Source: an uncultured Candidatus Saccharibacteria bacterium
GTDB taxonomy: Bacteria > Patescibacteriota > Minisyncoccia > Phycocordibacterales > UBA9973
Reading direction: 5' to 3'
Assembly: GCA_964591665.1 (NCBI GenBank)
Contig: CAZQCV010000002.1
Location: 1-43,744, forward strand
Length of the DNA stretch: 43,744 nt
The stretch's first letter is position 1. Every line of letters starts with the position of its first letter. The notes below the pieces were generated by a model, which was not told the origin of the DNA, ran no database searches, and was given only the letters and a program-made list of their open reading frames with translations. Position numbers and translations under genes: made by a program. This document shows, in pieces, positions 1 through 8,780 of this stretch.

Positions 1-280
1 TGTTTTTGATGTAGTCAGCGTGACCTGGAGCATCAATGTGAGCATAGTGACGAGTTGGAGTCTCATACTCGTTGTGAGAAAGCGCGATAGTAATACCACG
101 AGCTTTTTCTTCTGGAGCTGAGTCAATCTGATCAACTGACTTCATTTTTGATGAGTAACCATTTCCTTCACGTCCGAGAACTGTAAGGATAGCCGCAGTA
201 AGTGTTGTCTTACCGTGGTCCACGTGACCAATAGTACCTACGTTCACGTGAGGTTTTGTACGATTAAATTCTTCTGCCAT
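1..280 (-). CDS. tuf: Elongation factor Tu, N-terminal ~93 codons (rest of gene lies beyond the window edge)
   Basis: Reverse complement from the ATG at 278-280 reads [35 protein letters not shown]...[34 protein letters not shown]. This contains the EF-Tu G1 motif GHVDHGKT and G3 motif DAPGH. It is absent from the ORF track only because it is truncated. Confidence 0.93.
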   Translation of the reverse strand, partial: MAEEFNRTKPHVNVGTIGHVDHGKTTLTAAILTVLGREGNGYSSKMKSVDQIDSAPEEKARGITIALSHNEYETPTRHYAHIDAPGHADYIKN

Positions 281-424
281 ATATATGTTGTGCAGTACCT
301 AACGAAGTATACGAGAACGCGTTACTTTGTTAGAAACTACATAAAAAGAACTACTTATAAATAGTCACTTCTTCCGGAAACTTCTTACCTACAAATAAAA
401 AGACCGCAAGGAGCGATTACTAGT

Positions 425-453
425 AATATAACGTATTATGAAAAATAAGTCAA
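425..453 (-). promoter_or_regulatory. Candidate sigma70-type promoter for tuf (TTGACT-17 nt-TATATT)
   Basis: On the minus strand, TTGACT (448-453), a 17-nt spacer and TATATT (425-430) lie about 145 nt upstream of the tuf ATG. Confidence 0.4.
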
Positions 454-489
454 TAATGGATTAGTACAATCTTTTTGTGTACCCCTACT

Positions 490-521
490 AAAAACACCCC
501 TTTTATGAGGGGGGTGTTTTT
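490..521 (-). terminator. Intrinsic terminator hairpin downstream of the 272-aa gene
   Basis: There is a perfect 10-bp stem, aaaacacccc (491-500) with ggggtgtttt (511-520), flanked by A/T tracts. It lies 18 nt past the stop codon at 539. Confidence 0.6.
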
Positions 522-538
522 AGTACCGATGTTTTAAG

Positions 539-1357
539 TTAGAAATTAAGCGCCTTAAGTGCTTTATTGACTGTATGTGCATCTTTTGAGGCAACCTCAA
601 GATCTGCATGCGCTGCTTTAATTGCTACTTGAGCATTTTGTAGAGCAGTCTTGTTGCTTTGTGACATACCTTGATCTCCTTGGTCAGGGGTAAGTGAGGC
701 TACAAGAGTAATTGCTGTTTGGGCTTGAGCTTTTGCGTCAGCAATCTTTGCTTGCATTTCAGTAAGTGAAGCATTCATGGTCGTAACATCTTTACCAGCG
801 GTCTGAGCTGCGGTCACACGTACTTGGAGTTTACCTTGCACGGTTGTGAGATTATCAGATGTAGCGATGATTCTATCAGCAGCTGCAATGATACGTCCTT
901 GTGGATGAACAAGCGCAAAGATACGATATGACTTAGTGATTGACTTTACGTCAGTTTTGAGTGTTTCAATATCAGTATCAGCTGCGATTTTTGCCTTGAG
1001 TGTGGTGAGATTTGAAATATTAGTCTGTGCAGTAGCGACCAATGAAGCTTTTTGTGCATCAGACAACTTCTGCATTGCGTTAATGCGACTAATATCTTTA
1101 TTGAGTAATGCTATACGACGATCAATCTCTCGCGCCGCATTAGCTTTTATAGCATCCATACGTGTTGCGGCATCAGTACCAAACTTTTTATTCTCTTTTA
1201 AGATTTTATTTTCTCCTTTTTCTGTTTGGGAACCAAGACGAGCATCTGCTTCACCACGAAGACCAAGTGAAAACGCAGAAGCTGTTGATGCGGTACCAAG
1301 TGTTGCGATGAGTCCAAGAGCAACAAGTGTACCAGTAATAGTTGTTGTTTTTTTCAT
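539..1357 (-). CDS. Secreted alpha-helical Ala/Thr/Gln-rich protein, unknown function
   Basis: The 272-aa ORF has an N-terminal signal peptide (MKKTTTITGTLVALGLIATLGTASTASA). The remainder is low-complexity and helix-prone (AKIADAKAQAQTAITL...). It sits between fusA and tuf. Confidence 0.7.
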   Translation of the reverse strand: MKKTTTITGTLVALGLIATLGTASTASAFSLGLRGEADARLGSQTEKGENKILKENKKFGTDAATRMDAIKANAAREIDRRIALLNKDISRINAMQKLSDAQKASLVATAQTNISNLTTLKAKIAADTDIETLKTDVKSITKSYRIFALVHPQGRIIAAADRIIATSDNLTTVQGKLQVRVTAAQTAGKDVTTMNASLTEMQAKIADAKAQAQTAITLVASLTPDQGDQGMSQSNKTALQNAQVAIKAAHADLEVASKDAHTVNKALKALNF

Positions 1358-1363
1358 AAAATA

Positions 1364-1369
1364 ATTATA
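1364..1369 (-). promoter_or_regulatory. -10 hexamer TATAAT placed 6 nt upstream of the ATG (leaderless-type promoter)
   Basis: The minus strand reads TATAAT tatttt ATG. The ATG is at 1355-1357. Confidence 0.45.
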
Positions 1370-1449
1370 TAGGTTTATATTATTGATAATAATGAATGTA
1401 TATACCTACATGTGGTATAACGAATCGAGTAGATATAATGTGACAGGTA

Positions 1450-1752
1450 TCATTCTTGAGGAATTGGTGTGTCATTGATCCCTTCACTTATATCTTTACT
1501 ATCTGAGGATATAATTGTGAGATTTGCATCAACTGCTGCCATATCTTGGTCAACAGAACTGGTAGACGTAGGGTTCGGAGGATTTGTTACTCCAGTATCA
1601 AAATTAGTTGCTGGTGTTTGCTCCTGAGATATTGGATTTTGATTTTCCTTCATACGATTGTTTCGAACAACGAAGAAGACGATGACTAATATTACAATAG
1701 TTATAACGATCCATGGAATAACATTGCCTTTTGTATAAATAGTTTTTTGCAT
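1450..1752 (-). CDS. Small single-pass membrane protein with an acidic Pro/Thr/Ser-rich tail
   Basis: The start is trimmed to the internal ATG (MQKTIYTKGNVIPWIVITIVILVIVFFVVRNN...), which immediately precedes a strong TM helix. The upstream part of the track ORF contains a TGCTATTAT -10-like element. Confidence 0.55.
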   Translation of the reverse strand: MQKTIYTKGNVIPWIVITIVILVIVFFVVRNNRMKENQNPISQEQTPATNFDTGVTNPPNPTSTSSVDQDMAAVDANLTIISSDSKDISEGINDTPIPQE

Positions 1753-1775
1753 AAAGATAGTAACGTTATTATTAC

Positions 1776-1784
1776 ATAATAGCA
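1776..1784 (-). promoter_or_regulatory. Extended -10 element TGCTATTAT upstream of the small membrane protein
   Basis: The minus strand reads TGCTATTAT, 23 nt upstream of the ATG at 1750-1752. Confidence 0.35.
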
Positions 1785-1850
1785 CCACATACAGTATACA
1801 CCGTACACGTAGTAATAACGAGTGCAATATCCACGGTGTGACAGATATAT

Positions 1851-1878
1851 AAAAACACCCTATTTCTAGGGTGTTTTT
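1851..1878 (-). terminator. Intrinsic terminator after fusA
   Basis: There is an 11-bp stem, aaaaacaccct (1851-1861) with agggtgttttt (1868-1878), and a 6-nt loop. It lies 10 nt past the fusA stop. Confidence 0.7.
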
Positions 1879-1888
1879 ATATATTATC

Positions 1889-4048
1889 TTATGCTATCTT
1901 TCGAGATTTAATGATTTCGTCTGCAACGTTTTGAGGGACAACGTCATATCGTACGAATTCCATAGTGAACCCTGCACGACCTTCTGTCATAGAGCGAAGC
2001 GTTGTCATGTATCCAAACATTTCAGATAGTGGCACGACTGCTTTTACAACCTGGTTAAGACCGCGAGTTTCCATACCTTCGATAAGACCACGTTTTGCAG
2101 AAAGAGAACCTGTTACATCACCCATGAACTTGTCTGGAGTAACTACTTCTACTTTCATCATTGGTTCAAGGATAACTGGACGAGCTGCTTTTGCCGCGTC
2201 TTGCATTGCCATAGATGCTGCAATTTTGAACGCCATTTCGTTTGAGTCAACTTCGTGATAACTACCATCATAGAGATCTACCGCAACATCAACCATTTTG
2301 AATCCTGCAAGTACACCGCGATCGAGACCTTCTTTAAATCCTTTTTCACAAGCTGGGATGTATTCTTGTGGAATAGCACCTCCTTTGATGTTGTTTGTAA
2401 ATTCAAAGTGGTCTTCACGTTTAACGTTTCGTGGTAAGTCTTCGATTTGTTCTTTAGTAAGAGACATATCCATAGGCTTGACTTTGATGCGAACGTGACC
2501 GTAGTTACCGCGTCCACCAGACTGTTTGATGTATTTACCTTCTACATCTGCTGTTCCTTGAATAGTTTCTCGATATGCAACCTGTGGTTTACCAACATTT
2601 GCATCTACTGCGAATTCGCGCTTCAAACGATCGACGATAATTTCAAGGTGAAGTTCTCCCATACCCGCAATAATAGTTTCTCCTGTTTCTTGATCAGAAG
2701 TAACACGGAATGTTGGGTCTTCTTGTGCAAGACGAGAGAGAGCCATACCCATTTTTTCTTGGTCAGGTTTTGTTTTTGGTTCAATACGAAGTGAAATAAC
2801 TGGTTCTGGAAACACGATACGGTTAAGCTCAATTGGATGTGCTTCATCACAAAGTGTATCTGAAGTAATAGTATCTTTGAGTCCCACCGCAGCTGCGATT
2901 TCACCAGCATATACTTTCTTTACTTCTTCACGATCGTTTGCGTGCATACGAAGGATTCGTCCAATACGTTCTTTGTTTCGAGTGCGTGGATTGTATACGT
3001 ATGATCCAGCTGCAAGTGAACCAGAGTACACACGGAAGAAGATAATCTGTCCTACGAATGGATCAGTTGCAACCTTAAACGCAAGTGCTGCAAATGGCTC
3101 TGAATCAGATGCTTTACGATCTTCTGGTTGATCTGTTTCTGGATTGATACCAGGAATTGGAGGAATATCTGTTGGTGCTGGAAGATAGTCGATAACAGCG
3201 TCGAGTACAAGCTGCACCCCTTTGTTTTTAAGTGCTGAACCAGCAAATACTGGGAAAATATCATTCGCAATAACAGCCTTTCGGAGTGTCTTTTTCAACG
3301 TAGCAATATCTGGAATAACACCATCGAGGTATGCAGTCATAAGTGCATCATCTTGTTCTACGATCTTTTCAATCAATTCTGCTCGATACTTTTCTGCATC
3401 AGCCATCATATCAGCTGGAATTTCACCTTCGATAATTTTTTCACCCATCGATCCTTCTGAACGATATGATTTCATCGTGAGAAGGTCTACCACACCTTCG
3501 AACTTATCTTCAAGACCGATTGGAAGTTGCATGCGAACAGCATTTTTATTGAGACGATCGAGAATAGTAGCAAATGAATGTTCGAAAGATGCACCTGTTC
3601 GGTCGAGTTTGTTTACGAAACAAATACGTGGAACCCGTGCTTCGTCAGCATAGCGCCAGTTTGTTTCTGATTGAGGTTCTACACCAGCAACACCGTCGAA
3701 TACTACTACCGCGCCATCAAGCACTCGGAGTGAGCGTTTTACCTCTACCGTAAAGTCAATGTGTCCAGGAGTGTCGATAATGTTGAAGCGATGTTTCTTT
3801 GTTTTGTCAGTAGGAGCATATGTCGGAGTCCAAAAACACGTGATCGCAGCAGATGTGATAGTGATACCACGCTCTTTTTCCTGCTCCATCCAGTCAGTTG
3901 TTGCTTCACCATTGTGCACCTCACCGATTTTGTGAGACATACCAGTATAATAAAGCACGCGTTCAGACGTGGTTGTTTTACCGGCATCAATGTGAGCAAT
4001 GATACCGAAGTTTCGAACTTTTTCGAGTGGATAGTCGCGGGTGTCCAT
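1889..4048 (-). CDS. fusA: Elongation factor G
   Basis: The 719-aa ORF contains [44 protein letters not shown] and GELHLEI, and shows full-length EF-G collinearity. Confidence 0.97.
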   Translation of the reverse strand: MDTRDYPLEKVRNFGIIAHIDAGKTTTSERVLYYTGMSHKIGEVHNGEATTDWMEQEKERGITITSAAITCFWTPTYAPTDKTKKHRFNIIDTPGHIDFTVEVKRSLRVLDGAVVVFDGVAGVEPQSETNWRYADEARVPRICFVNKLDRTGASFEHSFATILDRLNKNAVRMQLPIGLEDKFEGVVDLLTMKSYRSEGSMGEKIIEGEIPADMMADAEKYRAELIEKIVEQDDALMTAYLDGVIPDIATLKKTLRKAVIANDIFPVFAGSALKNKGVQLVLDAVIDYLPAPTDIPPIPGINPETDQPEDRKASDSEPFAALAFKVATDPFVGQIIFFRVYSGSLAAGSYVYNPRTRNKERIGRILRMHANDREEVKKVYAGEIAAAVGLKDTITSDTLCDEAHPIELNRIVFPEPVISLRIEPKTKPDQEKMGMALSRLAQEDPTFRVTSDQETGETIIAGMGELHLEIIVDRLKREFAVDANVGKPQVAYRETIQGTADVEGKYIKQSGGRGNYGHVRIKVKPMDMSLTKEQIEDLPRNVKREDHFEFTNNIKGGAIPQEYIPACEKGFKEGLDRGVLAGFKMVDVAVDLYDGSYHEVDSNEMAFKIAASMAMQDAAKAARPVILEPMMKVEVVTPDKFMGDVTGSLSAKRGLIEGMETRGLNQVVKAVVPLSEMFGYMTTLRSMTEGRAGFTMEFVRYDVVPQNVADEIIKSRKIA

Positions 4049-4108
4049 AAAATAATGAGAATTACGTTTTTAGTAAGTAAAAAAGCGAGTGTTTCGCCTT
4101 ATACACAT

Positions 4109-4117
4109 ACTATAGCA
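4109..4117 (-). promoter_or_regulatory. Extended -10 element TGCTATAGT upstream of fusA
   Basis: The minus strand reads TGCTATAGT about 60 nt upstream of the fusA ATG. The same TGCTATA(G/C)T word precedes rpsL. Confidence 0.35.
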
Positions 4118-4154
4118 TATAGAAGAGGAAAAGCAAGATGAAACGTAAGAATAT

Positions 4155-4183
4155 TTGACAGGATATAGTTTTAATTCTAAAAT
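4155..4183 (+). promoter_or_regulatory. Near-consensus sigma70 promoter (TTGACA-17 nt-TAAAAT)
   Basis: TTGACA lies at 4155-4160, followed by a 17-nt spacer and TAAAAT at 4178-4183. The ATG follows at 4203. Confidence 0.55.
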
Positions 4184-4202
4184 ACAGAAAATTTTAAATA
4201 CC

Positions 4203-4760
4203 ATGAAAAGAAACGGAAAACTCTATGTAGTGATGTTGGAGTGCACTATTGCCTCTCTTGACTCAGTTAAAAAAGCTTTGGGTATCATAAGTTCAAATAT
4301 GGTAGTCGGAGGAGATAGAATTTATTTCATAATAAATGACGACAACACCGAACAGCCAGATGCAATTTTATATAGGGCAACTATGCTTGAATTATACACA
4401 AGAATAGTATCAGGGCCGAAGGAAAAAATTACTATACGAAATGAGAGACAATATTTCGGAGGGCTAGGAGAAGAACTTTTAAATGAAACAGAAGATAAAG
4501 TCGACCGATGGCTTTTCAGACCACTAAAACTAAAAGATCAAAAAGCCTTTATATTAATGGCAAAGATAATTTCTTGTATAGCTATTAATAAGCAATATAA
4601 AGAGATAGAATTTTATCTTACAGAGTTTAATGGTTCAGAAAAAGTTTTTGAATTATTCATGAATCATTTAGATCAATCACTCGATACACTCACCAAGCGA
4701 GGAGAGATTCCAAAGATTAGAATATCTCTCGTAAACAAATCATATGAACCGCCTTCATAA
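4203..4760 (+). CDS. Hypothetical protein (185 aa), orphan on the opposite strand
   Basis: The start is moved to the ATG at 4203 (MKRNGKLYVV...) because the TTG start in the track is the -35 hexamer of the promoter. The gene has its own promoter and terminator. I recognise no family motif. Confidence 0.6.
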   Translation: MKRNGKLYVVMLECTIASLDSVKKALGIISSNMVVGGDRIYFIINDDNTEQPDAILYRATMLELYTRIVSGPKEKITIRNERQYFGGLGEELLNETEDKVDRWLFRPLKLKDQKAFILMAKIISCIAINKQYKEIEFYLTEFNGSEKVFELFMNHLDQSLDTLTKRGEIPKIRISLVNKSYEPPS

Positions 4761-4776
4761 GAAGCGGTTCTTTTTT
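4746..4776 (+). terminator. Intrinsic terminator of the orphan gene
   Basis: The stem gaaccgc (4746-4752) with gcggttc (4764-4770) is followed by TTTTTT (4771-4776). The hairpin spans the stop codon. Confidence 0.65.
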
Positions 4777-4781
4777 ATTTC

Positions 4782-6050
4782 CTAAAACTTCAAAACTTCT
4801 TTGAACGAAGCATCTGTTTCAAACGGACCGATGAGTGCGAGATTCAAGTGCTTATTCACGAAAATCTTTTTTGCCATATCTTGGATTTGTTTTGCAGTCA
4901 CCTTGCGAATCTCTTTTTCAACTTCTTCTGGAGATTTTATTTTCTTCTTGAGAATTTCTTGCATGCCATAAAATGACGTCCATGCATCAGAAGACTCCAG
5001 TTCGAGTTTCATATTTCCTACGAGATATTCTTTCACTTTTGCGAGTTCTTCTTTTGAGACTGGTACTTCAACAAGTTTTTTACATTCAAGTAATATTTCT
5101 CGTATCACTTCCGGTACTCGGTCATTTGAAATACCTGCAGAGATTTCAAGACATCCATGATCGGTAGATGTGTCGTTATGTGAACGCACATAATATGCAA
5201 CACCGAGATCTTCACGGAGTTTTATAAAAAGTCGAGATGACATTCCGCCTGCAAGAATCGTCGAGAGTACGGTAAGTACTGGATTGTTTTTATTATATGC
5301 ATCAAAGGTTCTCACACCTAACACCAGGTGCGTTTGATCTGTTTTTTTGTACTGCACGAGCACTTCTGGCTTTGACTGCTTCTCAATCGTCTTTAACTTT
5401 GATGCTTTTGCGTGATTCTTGAGTGTACCAAATATCTTCGCAACTTCTTTTTCTACTTCTTTTGCACTTACCTTTCCTGCGACAATTACTGTTGTTGCCT
5501 TCGGAACATAGTGTGCATGTTTGTATTCAACAAAATCATCACGAGTGAAACTTTTTACGTTTTCTCGTGTACCTGCAATGTTCCAACCAGCAGGTTGATC
5601 TCCATAGAGAAGTGACGTAAAAAGATCCTGCACATGACGATGTGGCATATCTTCATACATATTTATTTCTTCTACAATCACACCTTTTTCTTTCTGCATT
5701 TCTGCTTCAGGAAATGTTGAGTTCAAATAAATATCAGAAATCACGTCAAAGAGTTGTTTAAAATGTTTTGCGTCACTTTTTGCATAGTAGCCAGTATATT
5801 CCTGTCCGGTAAATGCATTGTACTGACTACCGAGACCATCGAGCTCACTTGCGATCGTATGCGCTGTTGGACGCATTGTTGTACCTTTGAAACACATGTG
5901 TTCTAGAAAATGTGAGATACCATTGTTCTTTTTATTTTCATATTTTGAACCGGTCTCTACGAGCACAAGTACGGTAACAGTCGGATTATCCTTCATTGGA
6001 ACAGTAATGACTCGAAGTCCATTTTTGAGTTTTGATTTTGTGTATTTCAT
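4782..6050 (-). CDS. M16-family (pitrilysin-like) zinc peptidase
   Basis: The inverted zinc motif HxxEH is present as GISHFLEHMCFKGT, and the 422-aa length is typical for this family. Confidence 0.85.
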   Translation of the reverse strand: MKYTKSKLKNGLRVITVPMKDNPTVTVLVLVETGSKYENKKNNGISHFLEHMCFKGTTMRPTAHTIASELDGLGSQYNAFTGQEYTGYYAKSDAKHFKQLFDVISDIYLNSTFPEAEMQKEKGVIVEEINMYEDMPHRHVQDLFTSLLYGDQPAGWNIAGTRENVKSFTRDDFVEYKHAHYVPKATTVIVAGKVSAKEVEKEVAKIFGTLKNHAKASKLKTIEKQSKPEVLVQYKKTDQTHLVLGVRTFDAYNKNNPVLTVLSTILAGGMSSRLFIKLREDLGVAYYVRSHNDTSTDHGCLEISAGISNDRVPEVIREILLECKKLVEVPVSKEELAKVKEYLVGNMKLELESSDAWTSFYGMQEILKKKIKSPEEVEKEIRKVTAKQIQDMAKKIFVNKHLNLALIGPFETDASFKEVLKF

Positions 6051-6055
6051 GATGT

Positions 6056-6490
6056 TTATTTTGGTAGCTGATCAATAATTTTAGGTAGTGCATATTGCCA
6101 TGCGGTATGAAGCGGTGTTGGTATTGTATCCAGTGTAACCCATTTTATTTCTTCAAATTTATGCGGTTCACCATTTTGGACTTGTTTTGGATCAACCTCA
6201 ACAAGAAACACCAAAGACAACCAGTGTGTTTTCTTTCCTTCATGTTCACGAAAAATATCAAAGTAAGAGATAAATTTTGAAGAAAGTACATCAGCACAGT
6301 ATTCTTCTTTTATTTCTTTATGCAACGTTTGGTCGACAGTATCTCCAAAATCAACTCCGCCACCACCAAAGTCCCATGTGCCATGTTCATCACGACAGTT
6401 TATACTTCGTTTATTCATCAGATAGTTTCCTTTTCCATCGTGACACATGTATGAAACAGTAATTCCAATATAATCAATTCCTTTTTGCAT
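6056..6490 (-). CDS. NUDIX hydrolase (degenerate Nudix box)
   Basis: GGGGVDFGDTVDQTLHKEIKEEYCA matches Gx5(E/D)x7(R/K)ExxEE. The 144-aa length fits the family. Confidence 0.7.
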   Translation of the reverse strand: MQKGIDYIGITVSYMCHDGKGNYLMNKRSINCRDEHGTWDFGGGGVDFGDTVDQTLHKEIKEEYCADVLSSKFISYFDIFREHEGKKTHWLSLVFLVEVDPKQVQNGEPHKFEEIKWVTLDTIPTPLHTAWQYALPKIIDQLPK

Positions 6491-6493
6491 ATA

Positions 6494-7375
6494 TTAATTT
6501 TTATCTAAAGTATCAATAATTGTATTTGCAATACTATTTCCCAGAGATTTCATTTCCTCTCTTAAGAGCATTTTTTCTTTTGCTAATTTCTCAGATTCAA
6601 CTGAATCAGAATACCTAACCGGTTCAGTGTATTTATTATCATAATTCTTGGTAACCCCAACTGCTTCGGAACCAGCGTAAGAGAACCTTAGCCTCCCATT
6701 CTTATCCGGATTACCTTCGCTATTATCTTGAAATTGATATCCACCCTTGGCTTCAAATTCTCCATCTCTTTTTTTAAGAGTATGTGACGTCCCAATAGAG
6801 TATGATCTTATATCTCGAGAATCAAATGCTCTTTTTATTTCATCTAATGAAATTTGCCAAGCATGAAAGTCATCTATAATTGCCATTTTAAAATCAGGGA
6901 TCACTGATGTATATTCTTCTATTTCTTGGGCTCTTTCTTTCATAAGAGCTCTGCTTATTGTCGTTTTCTCTACTTCAGCAGTTTTTACATAATCTTCAAT
7001 AAGCATTTTATGATCATTTTCAGAGATGTGTTCTTTGATAGCACTTCTTAAATCTTCACTACTGTTAATTCTTCCCTCCATTCCTTCATAACGTTCAAGG
7101 TAGATTTGCATTCCATGCGGATTTTTCCCAACATTAAAGAACACAAATTTTGGAATTTTAGTATTTTTATTTTCTTGCAGCTTTTTAAAAATTGGAGCTA
7201 ACAAATAAGATAGCGGACGGGCTGCTGTTTCCGGAAGAAGAATCACATCAGGGAAATTATTCTCAAAGTCAGCATACATGTGTTTTATAACACTCTGCGC
7301 TCCTTCTGTAAGATATTTTCTATCCCAATCATTTAGAATTTTTTCTTCTTTTTTAGGAAACTCAAAATGTTCCAT
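6494..7375 (-). CDS. Hypothetical protein (293 aa), translationally coupled between glyQS and the NUDIX gene
   Basis: The ORF is clean, with gaps of only 1 nt and 3 nt to its neighbours. There are only weak PRTase-like strings (VILLPETAARPLSYL, KMAIIDDFHAWQ), so I make no family call. Confidence 0.65.
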   Translation of the reverse strand: MEHFEFPKKEEKILNDWDRKYLTEGAQSVIKHMYADFENNFPDVILLPETAARPLSYLLAPIFKKLQENKNTKIPKFVFFNVGKNPHGMQIYLERYEGMEGRINSSEDLRSAIKEHISENDHKMLIEDYVKTAEVEKTTISRALMKERAQEIEEYTSVIPDFKMAIIDDFHAWQISLDEIKRAFDSRDIRSYSIGTSHTLKKRDGEFEAKGGYQFQDNSEGNPDKNGRLRFSYAGSEAVGVTKNYDNKYTEPVRYSDSVESEKLAKEKMLLREEMKSLGNSIANTIIDTLDKN

Positions 7376-7376
7376 G

Positions 7377-8774
7377 TTATTCTAAAACTTGTCTGATATA
7401 CTCAATCAAACCGCTTATTTGTACTCGCTCTTGTTCTCCTGTATCTCGATTACGAATAGTTACAGTATCTTTAAGATTAATAAGATTAACAGTATCCCCA
7501 AGTGTATCAAAGTCTATGACGATACAATACGGTGTACCGATTTCGTCCTGTCGTCGGTAGCGTTTACCGATATTGCCATTATCATCATAGATAACATTAC
7601 CGAATTCTTTTTTAAGCATCATAAACACTTCACGGGCTTTTGTCTGAAGTTCTGGTTTGTTTTTGAGTAGTGGCGAAACCGCTGCAATATATGGCGCAAC
7701 TTTTGGAGACAATTTGAGATACGTGCGTGTTTCTCCGCCAAGTGTATCTTCACGATATGCAGATGAAAGCACTGCGAGTAATGATCGTCCAACACCAAAC
7801 GACGGTTCAATCACATGTGGTACAAATCGTGTTTTTGTTTCTTCGTCAAAGTACGAAAGATCAACTTTTGATGCTTCTGCATGTTTCGTAAGATCATAGT
7901 CAGTTCGATATGCGAGTCCATAGAGCTCTTTGCGACCAAACGGAAAATCAAATTCGAAATCTATAGTACGCTTCGAATAGTGCGCACGATCTTCGTCGGA
8001 AACTTCGAGTTCATGAACACCTTCTTGAGTAAGACCAATATCTTTCGTAAATTCCCAAACCTGTTTTCTGAATTCTTCAAATGCGCGTTCCCAGTCCTCA
8101 GATTTTACAAAGTATTCGATTTCCATTTGTTCGAGTTCACGTACACGGAAAATAAAATCACGTGGAGCAATTTCGTTTCGGAATGCTTTACCAATCTGCG
8201 CCATACCGAAGGGCAACTTTGGATGAAAGGAATCAAGCACGTTTTTAAAATTCACAAACATACCACCTGCAGTTTCTGGACGAAGATAAGAAATAGAACT
8301 ATCGTCTTCGATGGCACCAATGTGCGTCTTGAGCATCATGTTAAACTGACGGACTTCGCCAAGCGCATTCCCATCAGGACTCTTTAAACCTTTTTCTTTT
8401 ATTATCCGATCCATATCTGTAAGTTTCATACCTTTTGGATCAATGTCGTTTGCTTCGAGAAGATGATCTGCGCGATATCGCTTTTTTGTTTCAAGATCTT
8501 CGACAAGTGGATCAGAAAATCCCGCAACGTGTCCTGATGCTTTCCACACCTCTTGGTTCATAAGAATCGCCGCATCCATACCATACATATCTTCACGGTC
8601 GAGTACGAAACGCTTCCACCAAAGATTTTCAATATTCTTTTTGAGTGCTACACCGAGAGGCCCATAGTCCCAGGTCCCTGCAAGACCACCATAGATTTCA
8701 GAGCCTTGATAAATAAATCCGCGTTGTTTACAGAGAGAAACAAGCTTTTCCATAGTTAGTGTATTTTCGTGCAT
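7377..8774 (-). CDS. glyQS: Glycine--tRNA ligase (dimeric class II type)
   Basis: The sequence contains LCKQRGFIYQGSEIYGGLAGTWDYGPLG, FRNEIAPR and a C-terminal anticodon-binding region. The length is 465 aa. Confidence 0.93.
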   Translation of the reverse strand: MHENTLTMEKLVSLCKQRGFIYQGSEIYGGLAGTWDYGPLGVALKKNIENLWWKRFVLDREDMYGMDAAILMNQEVWKASGHVAGFSDPLVEDLETKKRYRADHLLEANDIDPKGMKLTDMDRIIKEKGLKSPDGNALGEVRQFNMMLKTHIGAIEDDSSISYLRPETAGGMFVNFKNVLDSFHPKLPFGMAQIGKAFRNEIAPRDFIFRVRELEQMEIEYFVKSEDWERAFEEFRKQVWEFTKDIGLTQEGVHELEVSDEDRAHYSKRTIDFEFDFPFGRKELYGLAYRTDYDLTKHAEASKVDLSYFDEETKTRFVPHVIEPSFGVGRSLLAVLSSAYREDTLGGETRTYLKLSPKVAPYIAAVSPLLKNKPELQTKAREVFMMLKKEFGNVIYDDNGNIGKRYRRQDEIGTPYCIVIDFDTLGDTVNLINLKDTVTIRNRDTGEQERVQISGLIEYIRQVLE

Positions 8775-8780
8775 ATGGTA

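Noticed and set aside
281-538. tRNA genes upstream of tuf, as in many bacteria
   Set aside because: I found no T-loop-like GGTTCGAATC motif or cloverleaf-compatible segment on either strand. The region is better explained as the tuf promoter and 5' UTR plus the neighbour's terminator.
4155-4202. TTG start for the 201-aa plus-strand ORF
   Set aside because: The TTG is the first three bases of a TTGACA -35 hexamer with a properly spaced TAAAAT -10. The ATG at 4203 is the plausible start.
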